A DNA stretch of 64,000 nucleotides, from assembly GCA_004431415.1 (NCBI GenBank), contig QPMI01000015.1, positions 186,001-250,000 of the forward strand. Direction: 5' to 3'. Source of the stretch: Cyanophora paradoxa CCMP329. Taxonomy: Eukaryota > Plantae > Glaucophyta. The notes below the pieces were generated by a model that worked only from the letters and a program-made list of their open reading frames with translations, had not been told where the DNA came from and made no database searches. Each line of letters begins with the position of its first letter. Position 1 is the stretch's first letter. The position numbers were made by a program, and so were the translations under genes. This document shows, piece by piece, positions 1-11,068 of this stretch.

Positions 1-1213
1 AGGGCCGCCGCGTTTCTGGCGGACGAGGAGGAGGGCCCGGCGCTGCCCCCGGGGCTGGTCGAGCAGTACACGCCCTACACCGGCCTACCCCCGCCCGCCC
101 CGCACGCCGGCGCCGCCCTCCCGCACTGCAGCCGGCCGCCAGCCCCCGGCGGCCCGCCCCGCCTGTGCGCGTCGTGCCGGCTGCCGTGCCCCTCGCGTCA
201 CGGGGCCCGGCTGCTGCTGCGGCGGCGGCGGGCCTCGGGCCCCATGGACCGGACCGGGCGGCGATCGAATCTGCGCGGCACGCACTCGCCGAGGCGTGCT
301 TGTACCCTGCGCTGCGTTACCCCCGCCCATCGAAATTGATCCGGGGGGCGTCGGCAGGTCGGTATGGAGCTCGGCCCCGACGCCTTCTCAGCCCTCGTGG
401 AGCGCTGCATCCGCGCCGCCCGCGCCGCCGAGGCCCGCCCTTACGCTTTGTCTACCTTCGAATTATTCGCGTCCCGCTCTGGTCAGGGCCTTGCGAGCCG
501 CTGAGGACGTCCCCGCAGGAGGACGCGGCGGGGAGCGCGTGGGGCGTCGGGCCCTGCCCCCCGGAGCTCATCGAGCTCTCCCCAGCGTACCCCCCCATCC
601 TTCCCCCTACCCCCCAGCCCGACCTGAGCCTTCGTTCCCCTCTAGGGACCCCGAGTGGCGGGCCCTGCTCTCGCACCCCGAGTACCTGGACGCCGCCTAC
701 TACGGGGCCCACGTGTACCGCGTACCCCCCCTCGCCGTCGGGGCCGCCCCCACCCGCCTCCTCCTCGCCGCCGAGCGCGCCGTCGTCAGCTTCCTGAATC
801 CCGGTACCCCCGTCGAGGTCGCGTTCCTCCGGCCCGCCCTCGCCCGCCCCGCCGACCCGTGGTGCGCTGCCCCAACCCCGTACCCCACTCTTCCCCGCCC
901 CCTCTTATACCTCTTACAGGTCGCCGCTGGATGCGTTCTTCGACCTGCGGGTCGGGGGCCGCAGCCTTGGGGCCGTCTGCCCTGGGCCGGGCTTCACGCT
1001 GCTGCTCCCGCCCCTGAGCCCCGCCGACGGCCCGGCCCTCCTGCTCTCCCGGGAGGCCGGCGGGCCCGTTGGGCCCCTCTGCCGCCTCCTGCCCCTCGGG
1101 CCCCGCTCCCTCTGCCCCGTACCCTGGATCCTCTGAGAGGCTGTAGCCCCCTTCGGCGCCTCGGGGCCGGCCCGGCCCCATGGCCCTCCCGTGTAGCGGG
1201 CGGGCGCTTGTAA
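1..1213 (+). CDS. 3' part of an intron-containing gene of unknown function (truncated by window start)
   Basis: Protein-like exon fragments (e.g. DPEWRALLSHPEYLDAAYYGAHVYRVPPLAVG) are separated by C-rich GT..AG segments. No family recognised; the end is approximate. Confidence 0.45.
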   Translation, partial: GPPRFWRTRRRARRCPRGWSSSTRPTPAYPRPPRTPAPPSRTAAGRQPPAARPACARRAGCRAPRVTGPGCCCGGGGPRAPWTGPGGDRICAARTRRGVLVPCAALPPPIEIDPGGVGRSVWSSAPTPSQPSWSAASAPPAPPRPALTLCLPSNYSRPALVRALRAAEDVPAGGRGGERVGRRALPPGAHRALPSVPPHPSPYPPARPEPSFPSRDPEWRALLSHPEYLDAAYYGAHVYRVPPLAVGAAPTRLLLAAERAVVSFLNPGTPVEVAFLRPALARPADPWCAAPTPYPTLPRPLLYLLQVAAGCVLRPAGRGPQPWGRLPWAGLHAAAPAPEPRRRPGPPALPGGRRARWAPLPPPAPRAPLPLPRTLDPLRGCSPLRRLGAGPAPWPSRVAGGRL

Positions 1214-1269
1214 GTAACTGTACATGTGCAATCAGAGAAATTGGCCTGGCCAGCGCGGAGCGGGGCGGG

Positions 1270-1823
1270 TCAGGCGGCGGGGAGGAGGGACGGGGGCAGG
1301 AAGGCCTCGACGCGCCAGCCGCCGCCGTCCACCGCCGCCAGAACGATCGCCCCCGAGTTGACGCACTTCACCACCTGCCGCCCCGCCCCGCCCCGCGCGT
1401 CAGGGGCGGCCGTGCGGCCAAGCGCGAGGGGCCTCCGCTCACGCCACGCACCTCGCGGGATGCGTCGCCGTTGACGAGGAACGCGACGAAGCGCCCGACA
1501 AACGGCATGTGCGACACGAGCAGCGGGACGAAGCGCTCGCGCGCGTCGCTGCACGCCTCCGAGACCGCCCGCAGCGCCTCCGCCGGCTCGCTCTTCGCCT
1601 GGAGCTGCTCGAGCTGGTACGCGCTGTCCGCGCCGGCGAGGATCTCGGCGGTCTGCCTGGCGCGGAGCACGCCGCTGTGAAAGACGGGGCCGTACTGGAG
1701 GCCGGAGGCCTTCAGGAAGGCGGCCACGGCGCGCGTCTCGCGGGCGCCGTCCGCTGTGATCGGGCGCTCCCCGTCGGGCTCGGCAAGCGCGTGCTGGCAG
1801 ACGATGATCCGCGACAGGGGCAT
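1270..1823 (-). CDS. sixA: SixA-like phosphohistidine phosphatase (histidine phosphatase branch 1), 2 exons, about 158 aa
   Basis: Motifs IIVCQHALA (RHG position), ERPIT, FHSGVLRARQTAEIL and LLVSHMP. A GT-AG intron at 1375-1451 joins to VVKCVNSGAIVL...WRVEAFLPPSLLPAA*. Confidence 0.8.
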
Positions 1824-2294
1824 GGCGACTGTCGGACTCGCTCACGCTTACGGGGAGGTGCTTTCGCGTGCGCGCTTGGAAGCTAAAACGTTAACGCCGG
1901 GCGCTGGGCTTCAAAGGATAAATGTACGCGTCCGTTGAGGTTGAGTCGAGGGCGGGGGGCCAGAGGGCGGGGGCCCGGGGCAGGTTTCAGGGGGTACGTC
2001 GCCTGCGCGGCGTAGCGGCTTGTGTGCGCTCGTTCGTGCACCTGCGCTTAATCAACCAGGTTCTTAGCTTTCTTAGCTTATTTGAGTGCGAGGTGCATGT
2101 TAGTGCTGCTGACCCAACCTGCGCAGCGCTCGACCCATCCGACTCTTGCGCGCTGGCCTACGTCCTGCTGACGTCCAACATCCGGTCACCAGAGCATTTA
2201 TCGATCGATTCTTCGACTCGGCAGAATAGAGCAGTTAGCCGAATTTGAATTCGCCGCCGAGCTTCGTCCCGAACGAGAGCGCCCTGCGCAGAAG

Positions 2295-5015
2295 ATGACA
2301 AACGCGGCGGGGGAACCGGAGTGGTTACAGGAGCTGCGGGACAGCGAATCTATCCGGAACGGCACTTTGACTGTGGAATGCGGCAAGGAGGGCGTTCCCG
2401 CGAAGCTTACGGGCAACGATCTCAAGGCGGTTGCAAATATTATCGACTCTAATCCTCAGATCGGGTGCACACACAAGCCAGTCGTCGCTGGCGCTGCAGC
2501 TGATCGATATCCGCGCGCTCTTTGAATTCGGCCCCCGCAGCACAGTCCAGCTAGAGGTATGGTGTTGGATCGTTATGCGCATCGCGTTTGTGCCTGACGT
2601 TTCTATTTGCATACAGCTCGCCGGTCATGTGGACAGGAGCAGTGGTGCAAAAGCGAACTTCTGCGACGGCCTGCGGCAGCTCGGGGAAGCGATTGGACGG
2701 CACCCTCGCACTTCTCTGTACATTGGACGCAGCTACGTCGGCGAGACGACTAACTTGGACAAAGAAGAGTCAATTGCAGCTTGGAACACGTTTCTGGAAG
2801 AGCTCCTTGCGTCCTCAGCGTCAGCGAACTCGTCTCTGCAAGAGCTAACTCTGTTTCAATTCCGCCTCAACCAAACCGGCGCAGCAGCACTCACCAGCGC
2901 CATTGCCTTCGCTAGCTCGACCGGCCTTCGAGTCTTCTCCGTCAGCGACGTGGAGCTCCCAGCACTCGACCGGCGCCAACGGCGCTCGAATGGAGCAGCT
3001 GCAGGAGATCCGTTCGACAAGCTCTTTGATGCGCTCAGCAGCCTCAAGTCCATTCAGAATCTCACCATTGGCAATGTCTCCACTGAGCACTCGAGCTCGG
3101 TACATATATTCGCCCGTGATATGATATTCCCTCGATGTTTAATTCATTACTCTCGCCATTGCAGGATGAAAAACAGGTGAAGCTTCAGAAGCTCCGGCTC
3201 GTGGAAAAGACATGCTCCGTGCTGCAAGGCATCGACATCTGCAAGACGCTGCGAGAGCTCTCTCTACTGGAGATGAACTTTGGGCAGCAGGGCTTGCAAG
3301 TGGGGAAGGCAATTGCGCTGTGCGAGAAGCTTGAAATGCTGGAGCTACGTGGTATCACCTTTGGCACCAAGGTGGATGCAAGAGCGTCGGAGTGGGATAA
3401 TGTTCTTGACGAAATCAGCCACCACAAGGCTCTCCGTCGCATCGCCCTCGAGAAGATTAGTTTGAATGATGAGCAGGTCTTTCTCTTTTTCGTCCAATCC
3501 AGATTCTAGATTCTACCTGCTCTTTTCAATCACTTACTTGGCCTTTGCTGTTTGGCAGCTTGACATGCTCGCCTCTTGCATGGAGCAGAGGCTGCCGGCA
3601 CTGCAGAGGATGGTCCTCAAACACTGCGTGTCCAACTCCTACGTCGAAAATGTATTCATGCTCTCAAATGCAGCCGCACTGCGGTGCAGGATCCGGAGCC
3701 ATACTGATGCACCACCTGACGAGACTTTCACTCTCAAGATCGACCAAGCACCACCACAAAGCAAGCATATTGTGTTTGACATGCTGTGCTGCCTTCGAGA
3801 TGAGCTGGCCAGGGCCAAGAAAGAAGCAGAGGCTGCAACTAGTACTGCAGCTGCAGCTGCACCTGACAGTACGCTCTCGTCGTGCAAGCTTGAACTTGCT
3901 CTCAGCCACGATTGGCAAACTCTTTTCGAGAATGATGAGCGCTACGCTCTGTTCAAGCAGATCCTCCTTGGGCGCAAGTGGATCGATGACCCGAGACTTG
4001 GTGCACACTCGGCGCTTCTGGACTGCCACATTGTCCCCTTTTTTTTAATTTCGATGTGCAGCCGATGTCCCAGTGACCGACTACACACCAATTCCTGGCG
4101 AAGTTGTCTTCGCAAGATTCGGGAAGAGGGGTGCCTGGTGGCCTGCGATCGTGAGTGCTGCTGTTTATCTGATGGTTGTATAGATCTTGCTCACGAGTGC
4201 ACTTTTTTTAGGTGCTTTCCCCGGAGGAAGTGAGGTTCGCATCCTTTTCTCCTTCCAGATTAGTTCTCTCGCTGCAAAACATAACGGATGCGTTGCATTT
4301 ACATCAGCTGGCTGGGCACACCAGAGAGGTAAGCACGGGATAGAGCTGTACTCGAAATGCTGGCGGTCGAAGCTGGTCTAAATTTGAACGCAGGGTCCCC
4401 CTGGACCACCAGTCCACCTACTTCCACCCTTTCAACGAGGAGGGAAAGAAGATTTTTCGCTCGGAAATGAACATGGAGAAGCTTCGTGCAACCGATGCTG
4501 AGGAGCACGCGGGCCGCCTGATGCAGCTGGCCGAGAGCCTCGACAGGGATCCTGTGGCGCGCAATGCGCACGTCAAGGGCACTCGGAGGATCGTGTTCCG
4601 TGCGTGTGTCACGTCCACTATTTTCTGGCAGTTTTCTCATCGCTCTGTCTGCAGTCGTCGGCGAAGGCGGCAAATACAAGGCCGTTAAGGGCAAGGAGAA
4701 GACATTGCCAGCTGCGGGAGAGGGGAGTGTGTCTGCATCTGGATCCGGATCCAGCGGGGTGGAATCGGCAGGCAAGCTCAAGAAGCGGCAGCGCAGCTCT
4801 TCGCCCAGTGGCCGCGCGTCGGCCACCAGCAGGTCGAGGACCGAAACACCCTCGCAGGGGCCGCAGCCCGTTGCGAAGGCTGCCCGGCCAAGCCCAACCA
4901 AGCAGGGGCCCCATGGCGATCCCACCGGCGCCGCGAAAGCTGCCTGCCCTAGCCCGCCCGAGGCCAAACCAGCGATCCCAGCTTTCAGCTTCGTGCCGTC
5001 ACCAGGAGCTGGCGC

Positions 5016-5065
<50 letters not shown>

Positions 5066-6267
5066 ACAGCAGCAGCACTCCGGTGCCGGCATCAGGGTCC
5101 GGTAGTTTGGAGCACAGGGCGTCTGGCGGCACGGACATCATCGACCTCTCCTCGCCTCAGGCTGACACTGGCGCGAGCGACAAAGTCGAAGGCTTTGGCG
5201 GTGCACGTGTGCTCGTCACCGCGAAGGAGAAGATCAACCAGGTGTGAAATTCTGGGCGCTAGACCTGCTTTGCATTTGTGTCATTTCAGGCTCGGCAGGC
5301 GCGCCGAGAGCGGGATGTGGCGCGGGACGAGGCCAGGGAAGCGAGCCAGAAGCTGCAGCGCCAAGCGGAGGAGCACACAAGGGAGAAGGCCGCCCTGCAG
5401 CTGCAGGTGCTTTAGATCTCTTAAGCTTGGTTGCGAAGAAGCAGCAAGCGCTGCTCACGCCTTGCCGCACAGCTGGAAGCGGCCACGACCGAATTGGCTT
5501 CAGCCGGATCTAAAGTGGCCACAGCCGAGGCCAGGGCGAATGCTGCAGAAGCTCAGGTGAAGCAACTCGCGGCGAACAACAGAAGGCTGGTGCATTAATG
5601 TTGGCTTACAGAAATTGAAATCATAGCACTTCCTTCGATCCCACAGTGCTGACTGGCTTCTTCAGACGGAAGCGAAGCAGAGCCAATCTGAACAGCACGA
5701 CAAGGAGAAAACCGATCTGCAGCAACAGGTATTCTCTTCGCTTGCATCAAAGGTATTCTCTAAACCTGACTCTAAACCTGACTGTCCCTGCTCAGATGGA
5801 GAATCTTCAAGCAGAAAACAAGAGACTGGTGCACATTTGCAGCAGATGTTCCTCGTTTTCGGTTCGCTTTTTATATCCGGTTTCAATATTCCCATGCAGG
5901 CGGAGCTACTGCGCCAAGCGGAAGGGCTCACGAAGGAGAATGAGGAGCTGCGAAAGCAGGTACCACTTCTTTTAACTTGCGAACAGCAGGAGATCTTTCG
6001 CTTGTCCAACTCTTCTTGCTTCCTTCTCAGCTGGAGACGTCCAAGGCGGACTCGATTGTAGCCGAGAACAAGCTGAGCGAGATCCGCGAGAAGGTGCAAT
6101 TCCCTTCTATCGATGAAGATACCGATGCATCTTATTCGGCCCTCCAGCTCAAGACAGCTGAAGCTGCTCGGAAGCTGGCCGAGGACAATGCGGATGCCGC
6201 TCGCAAAGACCTGCTTGCTCTTCAGAGTAGTTTCGAAGACCTGAATAGAGAGATTGAGAATATTTAG
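2295..6267 (+). CDS. Multi-exon protein: RNI-like leucine-rich repeats, PWWP-like domain, poly-Ser linker, C-terminal coiled coil
   Basis: LRR-like units (LQELTL, LRVFSV, IQNLTI, LRELSL, LEMLELRG, LRRIALE). Exon 4062-4150 reads YTPIPGEVVFARFGKRGAWWPAI. Heptad-rich short exons at 5290-6267. Confidence 0.7.
5017..5076 (+). repeat. (AGC)n trinucleotide tract encoding poly-Ser
   Basis: About 20 AGC/AAC codons in the SSSSSSSSSSSSSNSSNSSS frame. Confidence 0.9.
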
Positions 6268-6494
6268 TCCTTTTATTTAAGCATGCATTTTCTCTGTAAT
6301 GTAATTCTTTTCTTTCTGTTGAGCTGCAGCAGCTCGCTCATTATCATGATCATGGCCATTCCTGACGCTTCCATTTCGAATTGCAAGACTTGAATGACAC
6401 GGGCAAGGGGGCGGCGGGGTGACAGTCCAGGCAAGGCGAGGACGTCGGCATATTTTAGTTGCTTCGACCTCAGTTAACGTTGCGCCGATAATAG

Positions 6495-9400
6495 CTAATC
6501 CAAAATGTCGACCTCCTCGTCCTCTGCCGTTGCCACCGTCTCAGCCGCCGGAGCCGCCGCGGCGCTCAAGCTCAAGCTCGGAGGTGGAGGGGCCACCACT
6601 GCCGCCTCCCCCGCCGCCTCGCGATCCCGATCGGGGAGAGCCGCGGCCGGAGGCGGCGAGGGCGGCGGCGGGAGGGCGCCCCGCGCAGGCGAGGCGGCCG
6701 CCAGCCTGACCAGCTCCGGGGGCGTTCGCGTCTTGGCGGGCACCGGCGTCGTGGGCGGCGTCGTCGGGGGCGGGGGTACGGGAGGTGCTGGCGGTTCTAC
6801 GCGGTGCCGCTTGCGGGAGGCCTCGGCCGCGGGCGCTGGCGCCTCCTCACGGGATGTCCGTCGGCGGTCGCTGGTGACGGGAAGGGGCGGCGGGAGGTCC
6901 GCGGCGGGGGTAGCGCCGCGGGGCGTGCGCGGGGCAGACGGGGGACGCTGTGCCGAGACGGGGGAGGGCCGGGGGAGGGGCCGCGGGGCGAGGGGCGGGG
7001 GCGCGGGGGGCGAGCCGCTGCCACCGCCGGCGGGAGCGGGGGTAGGCCCTCGGGGCGTGGGTGTGGCGGGCGTTGCGGGGTCGGGCGGCGAGCTTTCGGC
7101 AGGGGCTGTAGAAACTGGCGCCGGCGGGGGCTTCCGCCGCGGGACGCGCGGAAGGGAGGAGAGCGCGATGGGGCCGGCCGCTGGGCCCGGCACCAGCGGC
7201 GCGGGTGGCGGGCGCGGTGGTGGGGCAGCAGGGGTCGCAGGGGCGGCGGGCGCCGAGGAGGAAGCAGGGTTAGGGGCAGGGGGCACGGTAGGGGAGGCAC
7301 GGGCGGCGGGGGCCGTTGAGGTGGCGGGGGTACGCGAGGCGGGGGCCTGAGTGGGGTGGCGAGTGGGGGCGGCGGGATTGGCGGCCTGCGTCGACGGGGT
7401 AGCTGGCGCCGGGGGCGGCCTCAGGGAGGAGGACGGAATGGAGGAGGGGGCAGCTTTCGCGGCAGGAGCCTCGGGCCGCGACGAGATCTGCTCCAGAGCC
7501 GTGGCCTTGACGGCAGGCTCCGAGAAAACGGGTGCGTGGGGAGAGCTTCCGGGCCGGGGTACGGGTGCAGCGGCGGATGCGGGCTGGGGCTGCGGGGGCG
7601 CCGGCTCGAGCGGGGCGAAGGATGCCGGGGGGGACTGGGCGCGCGCCGCCGGGCGCTCCCCACCGGAGGGGAGGGTGGAGACGGCGGAGGGGAGGGCGGC
7701 GAGTACGGGGGTCGGGGCCGAGGAGGGAGCGGGTGCGGGGGCGGCCGCGGCCACGAGGGAGGCTGGGATCAGGCCGGCGGACGTGAGAATGGCCGCCAGA
7801 TCAACTATCGGCAGGGGGGCGGAAGGCTGGGCGGCGGGCGGCGCCGGCGGAGGCGCGGCGGTGGGTGGGGCGGCGGGCGGGGCAGTGGGAGGAGCAGCGG
7901 CCGCGGAGGGCGGCGTGGGGCCCCGCGGAGAAGATGAAGGCGCATCCCACCGACCAGAACCCCGCTGCTGCGGCCCTGGGCGCATTTGGGGGCCGGGCGG
8001 GCCGGGCGGGCCCCGAGGAATCGGGCCCCGCGGTCCTGCCTCGCGAAAAGGGGGCGGGGGGATCGGATGCGGGTGGTGCTCGTGGCCGAAATGCCGGCCA
8101 GGGGGCGGACCCCGGAACGGCTGCTGCTGGTGGGGGTACGGCCCGCAGGGCTCGGGTCCGCACCCGTAGAAGCCCGGCGGGGGGTACGGGTGCCCGCCAT
8201 GGCCGTACCCCTCCCAATGGGGGTGGGGGTACGCGTCGTGGGGGCCCCAGTGCTGATGCGGAGGGGGGTAGAACTCCTGGGGCGGGCCGCCCGGCCGGTG
8301 CGGGTAGGGGTGGGGCACTTCCCACTCGGCGCTGTAGCCGGGGGCGGGGGGGTACGACGGGTCGGGGAGGAGCGGCGGCGACTCGCGCGGGGCCATCGGC
8401 GGCGAGCGGGCGGCGGGGGATGCCCGAAGGGAACCGGCGGGGCCCGCCGCCGGAGCGTTCGGGAGGGCCGACAGAGTGGCGGTGCAGGGCGGCGGGGCGG
8501 CCGACGTCTCCGAGGAGGGCGCAGCGGCGTCCTCGGAAGCTGGCTCGAGGAGCATCGCCGCCGCCGCCGTTCCGGCCACCGCAGAGGCGGACGAGGAGCC
8601 AGCGCCCGCCCCCGGCCCTGCGCGCGGGAGCCGCACCAGCAGTGGAGCCGCCTTCGGCTTCGCCGGTGCCGCCGCGGGCGTCGCTGCGGGCGCCGCCGCG
8701 GGCGCCGCTGCGGGCGCCGCTGCGGGCGCCGCTGCGGGCGCCGCCGCGGGCGCCGCTGCGGGCGCCGCTGCGGGCGTCGCCTGCTCGCTGCTGCTGGGCT
8801 GCGCCGGCGCCTCCCGAAGCGTCTCGCCAGACGCCCTCCGCTCTGCCTCCGTGGAGGCTTCCTCGGCGGGCTTCGCAGCCGCCGGCGTCTCCTGTGCGCG
8901 CCCGACTTCTGCCGCGGCCGTTCCACCGTCTGCCGAACCCTCCGCGGCCGCGCCGCTCGGCTCGACGGCCGCGCTCAGCCGCGGCCGGCCCGGGATGTCC
9001 GCGGGGCCGGCCTCCCCGCTGGCGGCGGGTGCGCTCGCCTTCGCAGCGGTCGCCAGGCCCGCCAGCAGCGGCGGCGGCGGCTGGCCCCGCCCCAGCGGCG
9101 TCGCCGCGTCCGGCCCTGCGCTCTCCTGCGCGGCGGGAGACCTGCGGGACGCCTCAGCGGGGCGCTGAACGCCGCAGGGCGCGGGGCGGCATGCCTGGAG
9201 GCGCGCGGCGCGGCCCGCCGGCCATCCGCATCCCGGGGACTGCGGCCTCCGGAGGAACGCGAGGAGCCGCCGCTGCCGCCTCTGCTCCGCGACCTGAGCC
9301 GGCGCTGTTCAGCAGCGCACGGCTCCGCGCGGCGTACGAAGGCCGCACCGATCCCGCCTCCTCCGCCCGCGCCCCCGGGATCGGGAACGAGACCGGGAGC

Positions 9401-10283
9401 GACTCCGACTGCGGCGCCTGGAAGCCGCCTTGCTCCTCGAGCGGGACCGCTTCCCAGACGGCGAGCGGGAACGGGAGCGGGAGCGCGGCCGGCGTGCGGG
9501 AACAGCGGCCCTTTCTTCTCGCCCCGACCGGTGACCTTCGCTCTCACTCCGGTTCCTGCGCGGCGATCCGGTCAGAGACGATGGCGGGGCGCGAGGCGGG
9601 CGCCGCACGGGTCGTCGTTCTCCTTGGCACGCGCCTCGCGCTCGCCGCCCGACTTCCAGCCAAGCTCTCTGTCCGCGGGCTGGCGTCAACAGCCGCTTCG
9701 AGCCGGGAAGAACATTCCCAGCGGGACGCACGGTTCGCATGCCTCTCCCGCCACCGTGCGGCGCCGTTTCTTGTCGGGCCCCTCGGCGTCCGCGGCCTTG
9801 CGATCCGCGAGCTCTCTCCGAAGAGCCTCGGTGCTGCATCAAATGCAAGGGACGCGTCATGCACAGCGCGCGTAGCGGCGGCGGCCCGTGCACCTCTCCC
9901 GAAGAGATTCGATCTCCTTGTTCTTGCGCTGCAGTTCGGTCTTCGCCGTAAGGTACACTTTTGAGATGTTCTTCTCCAGCGTGGCCCTGGCCTTCTCGGT
10001 CTCCGCGAGCTGCGCGGGCGCATGGGTCCCCACCGCGGGAATCTGGTGCGCGGCAAACTGCGCACCCGCTGGCGCGTGCGTTTCAACTCCAACGCCAGAG
10101 CGGCATTCAGCTTCTTGAGCTGGAGGTTCTCCGTGTTCAGCTGCCCCGCGCAGTTTGTCAGCCGCGGCAAACAATGTCAGGCGGGGCGCCGACCTGCGAG
10201 GCCGGCGGGAGCGTCTCGCAAGATGCGTTGCCGGTCGCGTAGAAGTCATCGTAGAGGCCCAGCGATGACCCCTCCACCGCCAT
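6495..10283 (-). CDS. FLASH/CASP8AP2 N-terminal-domain-like protein with RS-rich and very long Pro/Ala-rich disordered regions
   Basis: Spliced N-terminus: MAVEGSSLGLYDDFY...LNTENLQLKKLN...LEKNISKVYLTAKTELQRKNKEIESLRE. RSRSRS tracts at about 9380-9500. A long open frame ends DEEVDILD* at 6495. Confidence 0.7.
8674..8778 (-). repeat. 12-bp coding minisatellite (PAAA repeats) within the FLASH-like gene
   Basis: About 8 copies of gcgggcgccgc(t/c) on the + strand. Confidence 0.85.
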
Positions 10284-11068
10284 GGCGGCGCGCCAACTCC
10301 CGCGAGGCTCGGGCCGAGTGTACCCCCGCACACTTGTTGCGTACCCCAAACTGGACAAACCGCAACTTCCAGCGCCCCAAGCTCGTGCTCCCGCGTTGTT
10401 GGCTCCGCTCCCCGCGTACAGGCTCTCCTTTGCCGGTCTATGTAGGCGCGATCTGGCTTCCTTTTCTCGATCGAGGTGGGCGCGATCGGGCCTTCATTCC
10501 TAGGGCGAGATAGGCTCCCCTCCCGTTTCTCGCGGTCTTTTTTCGTTTCGAGTTTGTCGCAGTCCCTCCGTTAGCATGCGGAATGGACTTGAATCAAACT
10601 CGTAGAGCAAACCGTCGGTTGGTGCGGGGCGCGATTTCTGAGCGTTCCGGCAATCCCCGGCGGAAGATTTATGCCTCTCTTTTCGGCGCGCCCTCGATAG
10701 TGCTCCCCGTCTCCCCGCACGCTCTCTGCGTTCGATCCGCCTGATGCCGCAGGTACGGTTGCGGGCCTGCGGCTCAACCGACACGCATCGCTGTGAGAAT
10801 TCTGGTGGTGCCCCAGGCGCTTGCTTTGCCGCAGGATCGGCCTTACCCCCTTCATCCGGTCCCGCGTTCTCCTGGATCTAGATTTTTACAGCTCCGGGGC
10901 TCCAGTGCTGTGCGGGCACATCTCCCTTCTTCATGTATGTGCACCATGTTTTAATCGTTATAACACAAGTAAATGTTTTGGCCCAACCCGAGCCCGCACG
11001 CCGCCGCACGGTGCCGTGCTAGGCAAAGCAGTTGTCTGAAAATCCTAGCTATAGTCTCATTTGATTCG

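Noticed and set aside
4570-4655. Apparent GG-AG non-canonical intron in the PWWP gene
   Set aside because: A canonical GT donor (gtgcgtg at about 4600) with a downstream ctgcag acceptor restores the frame.
4299-5141. Minus-strand ORF with poly-Leu resembling a TM or signal segment
   Set aside because: It is the reverse complement of the (AGC)n poly-Ser tract.
6505-9964. Long + strand ORFs (281-699 aa) overlapping the FLASH-like gene
   Set aside because: Gly/Arg/Ala-rich antisense shadows expected in very GC-rich DNA; no domain features.
10560-11040. Possible small spliced + strand gene between the FLASH-like gene and CDIN1
   Set aside because: One intron-like segment (about 10753-10833), but no credible reading frame.
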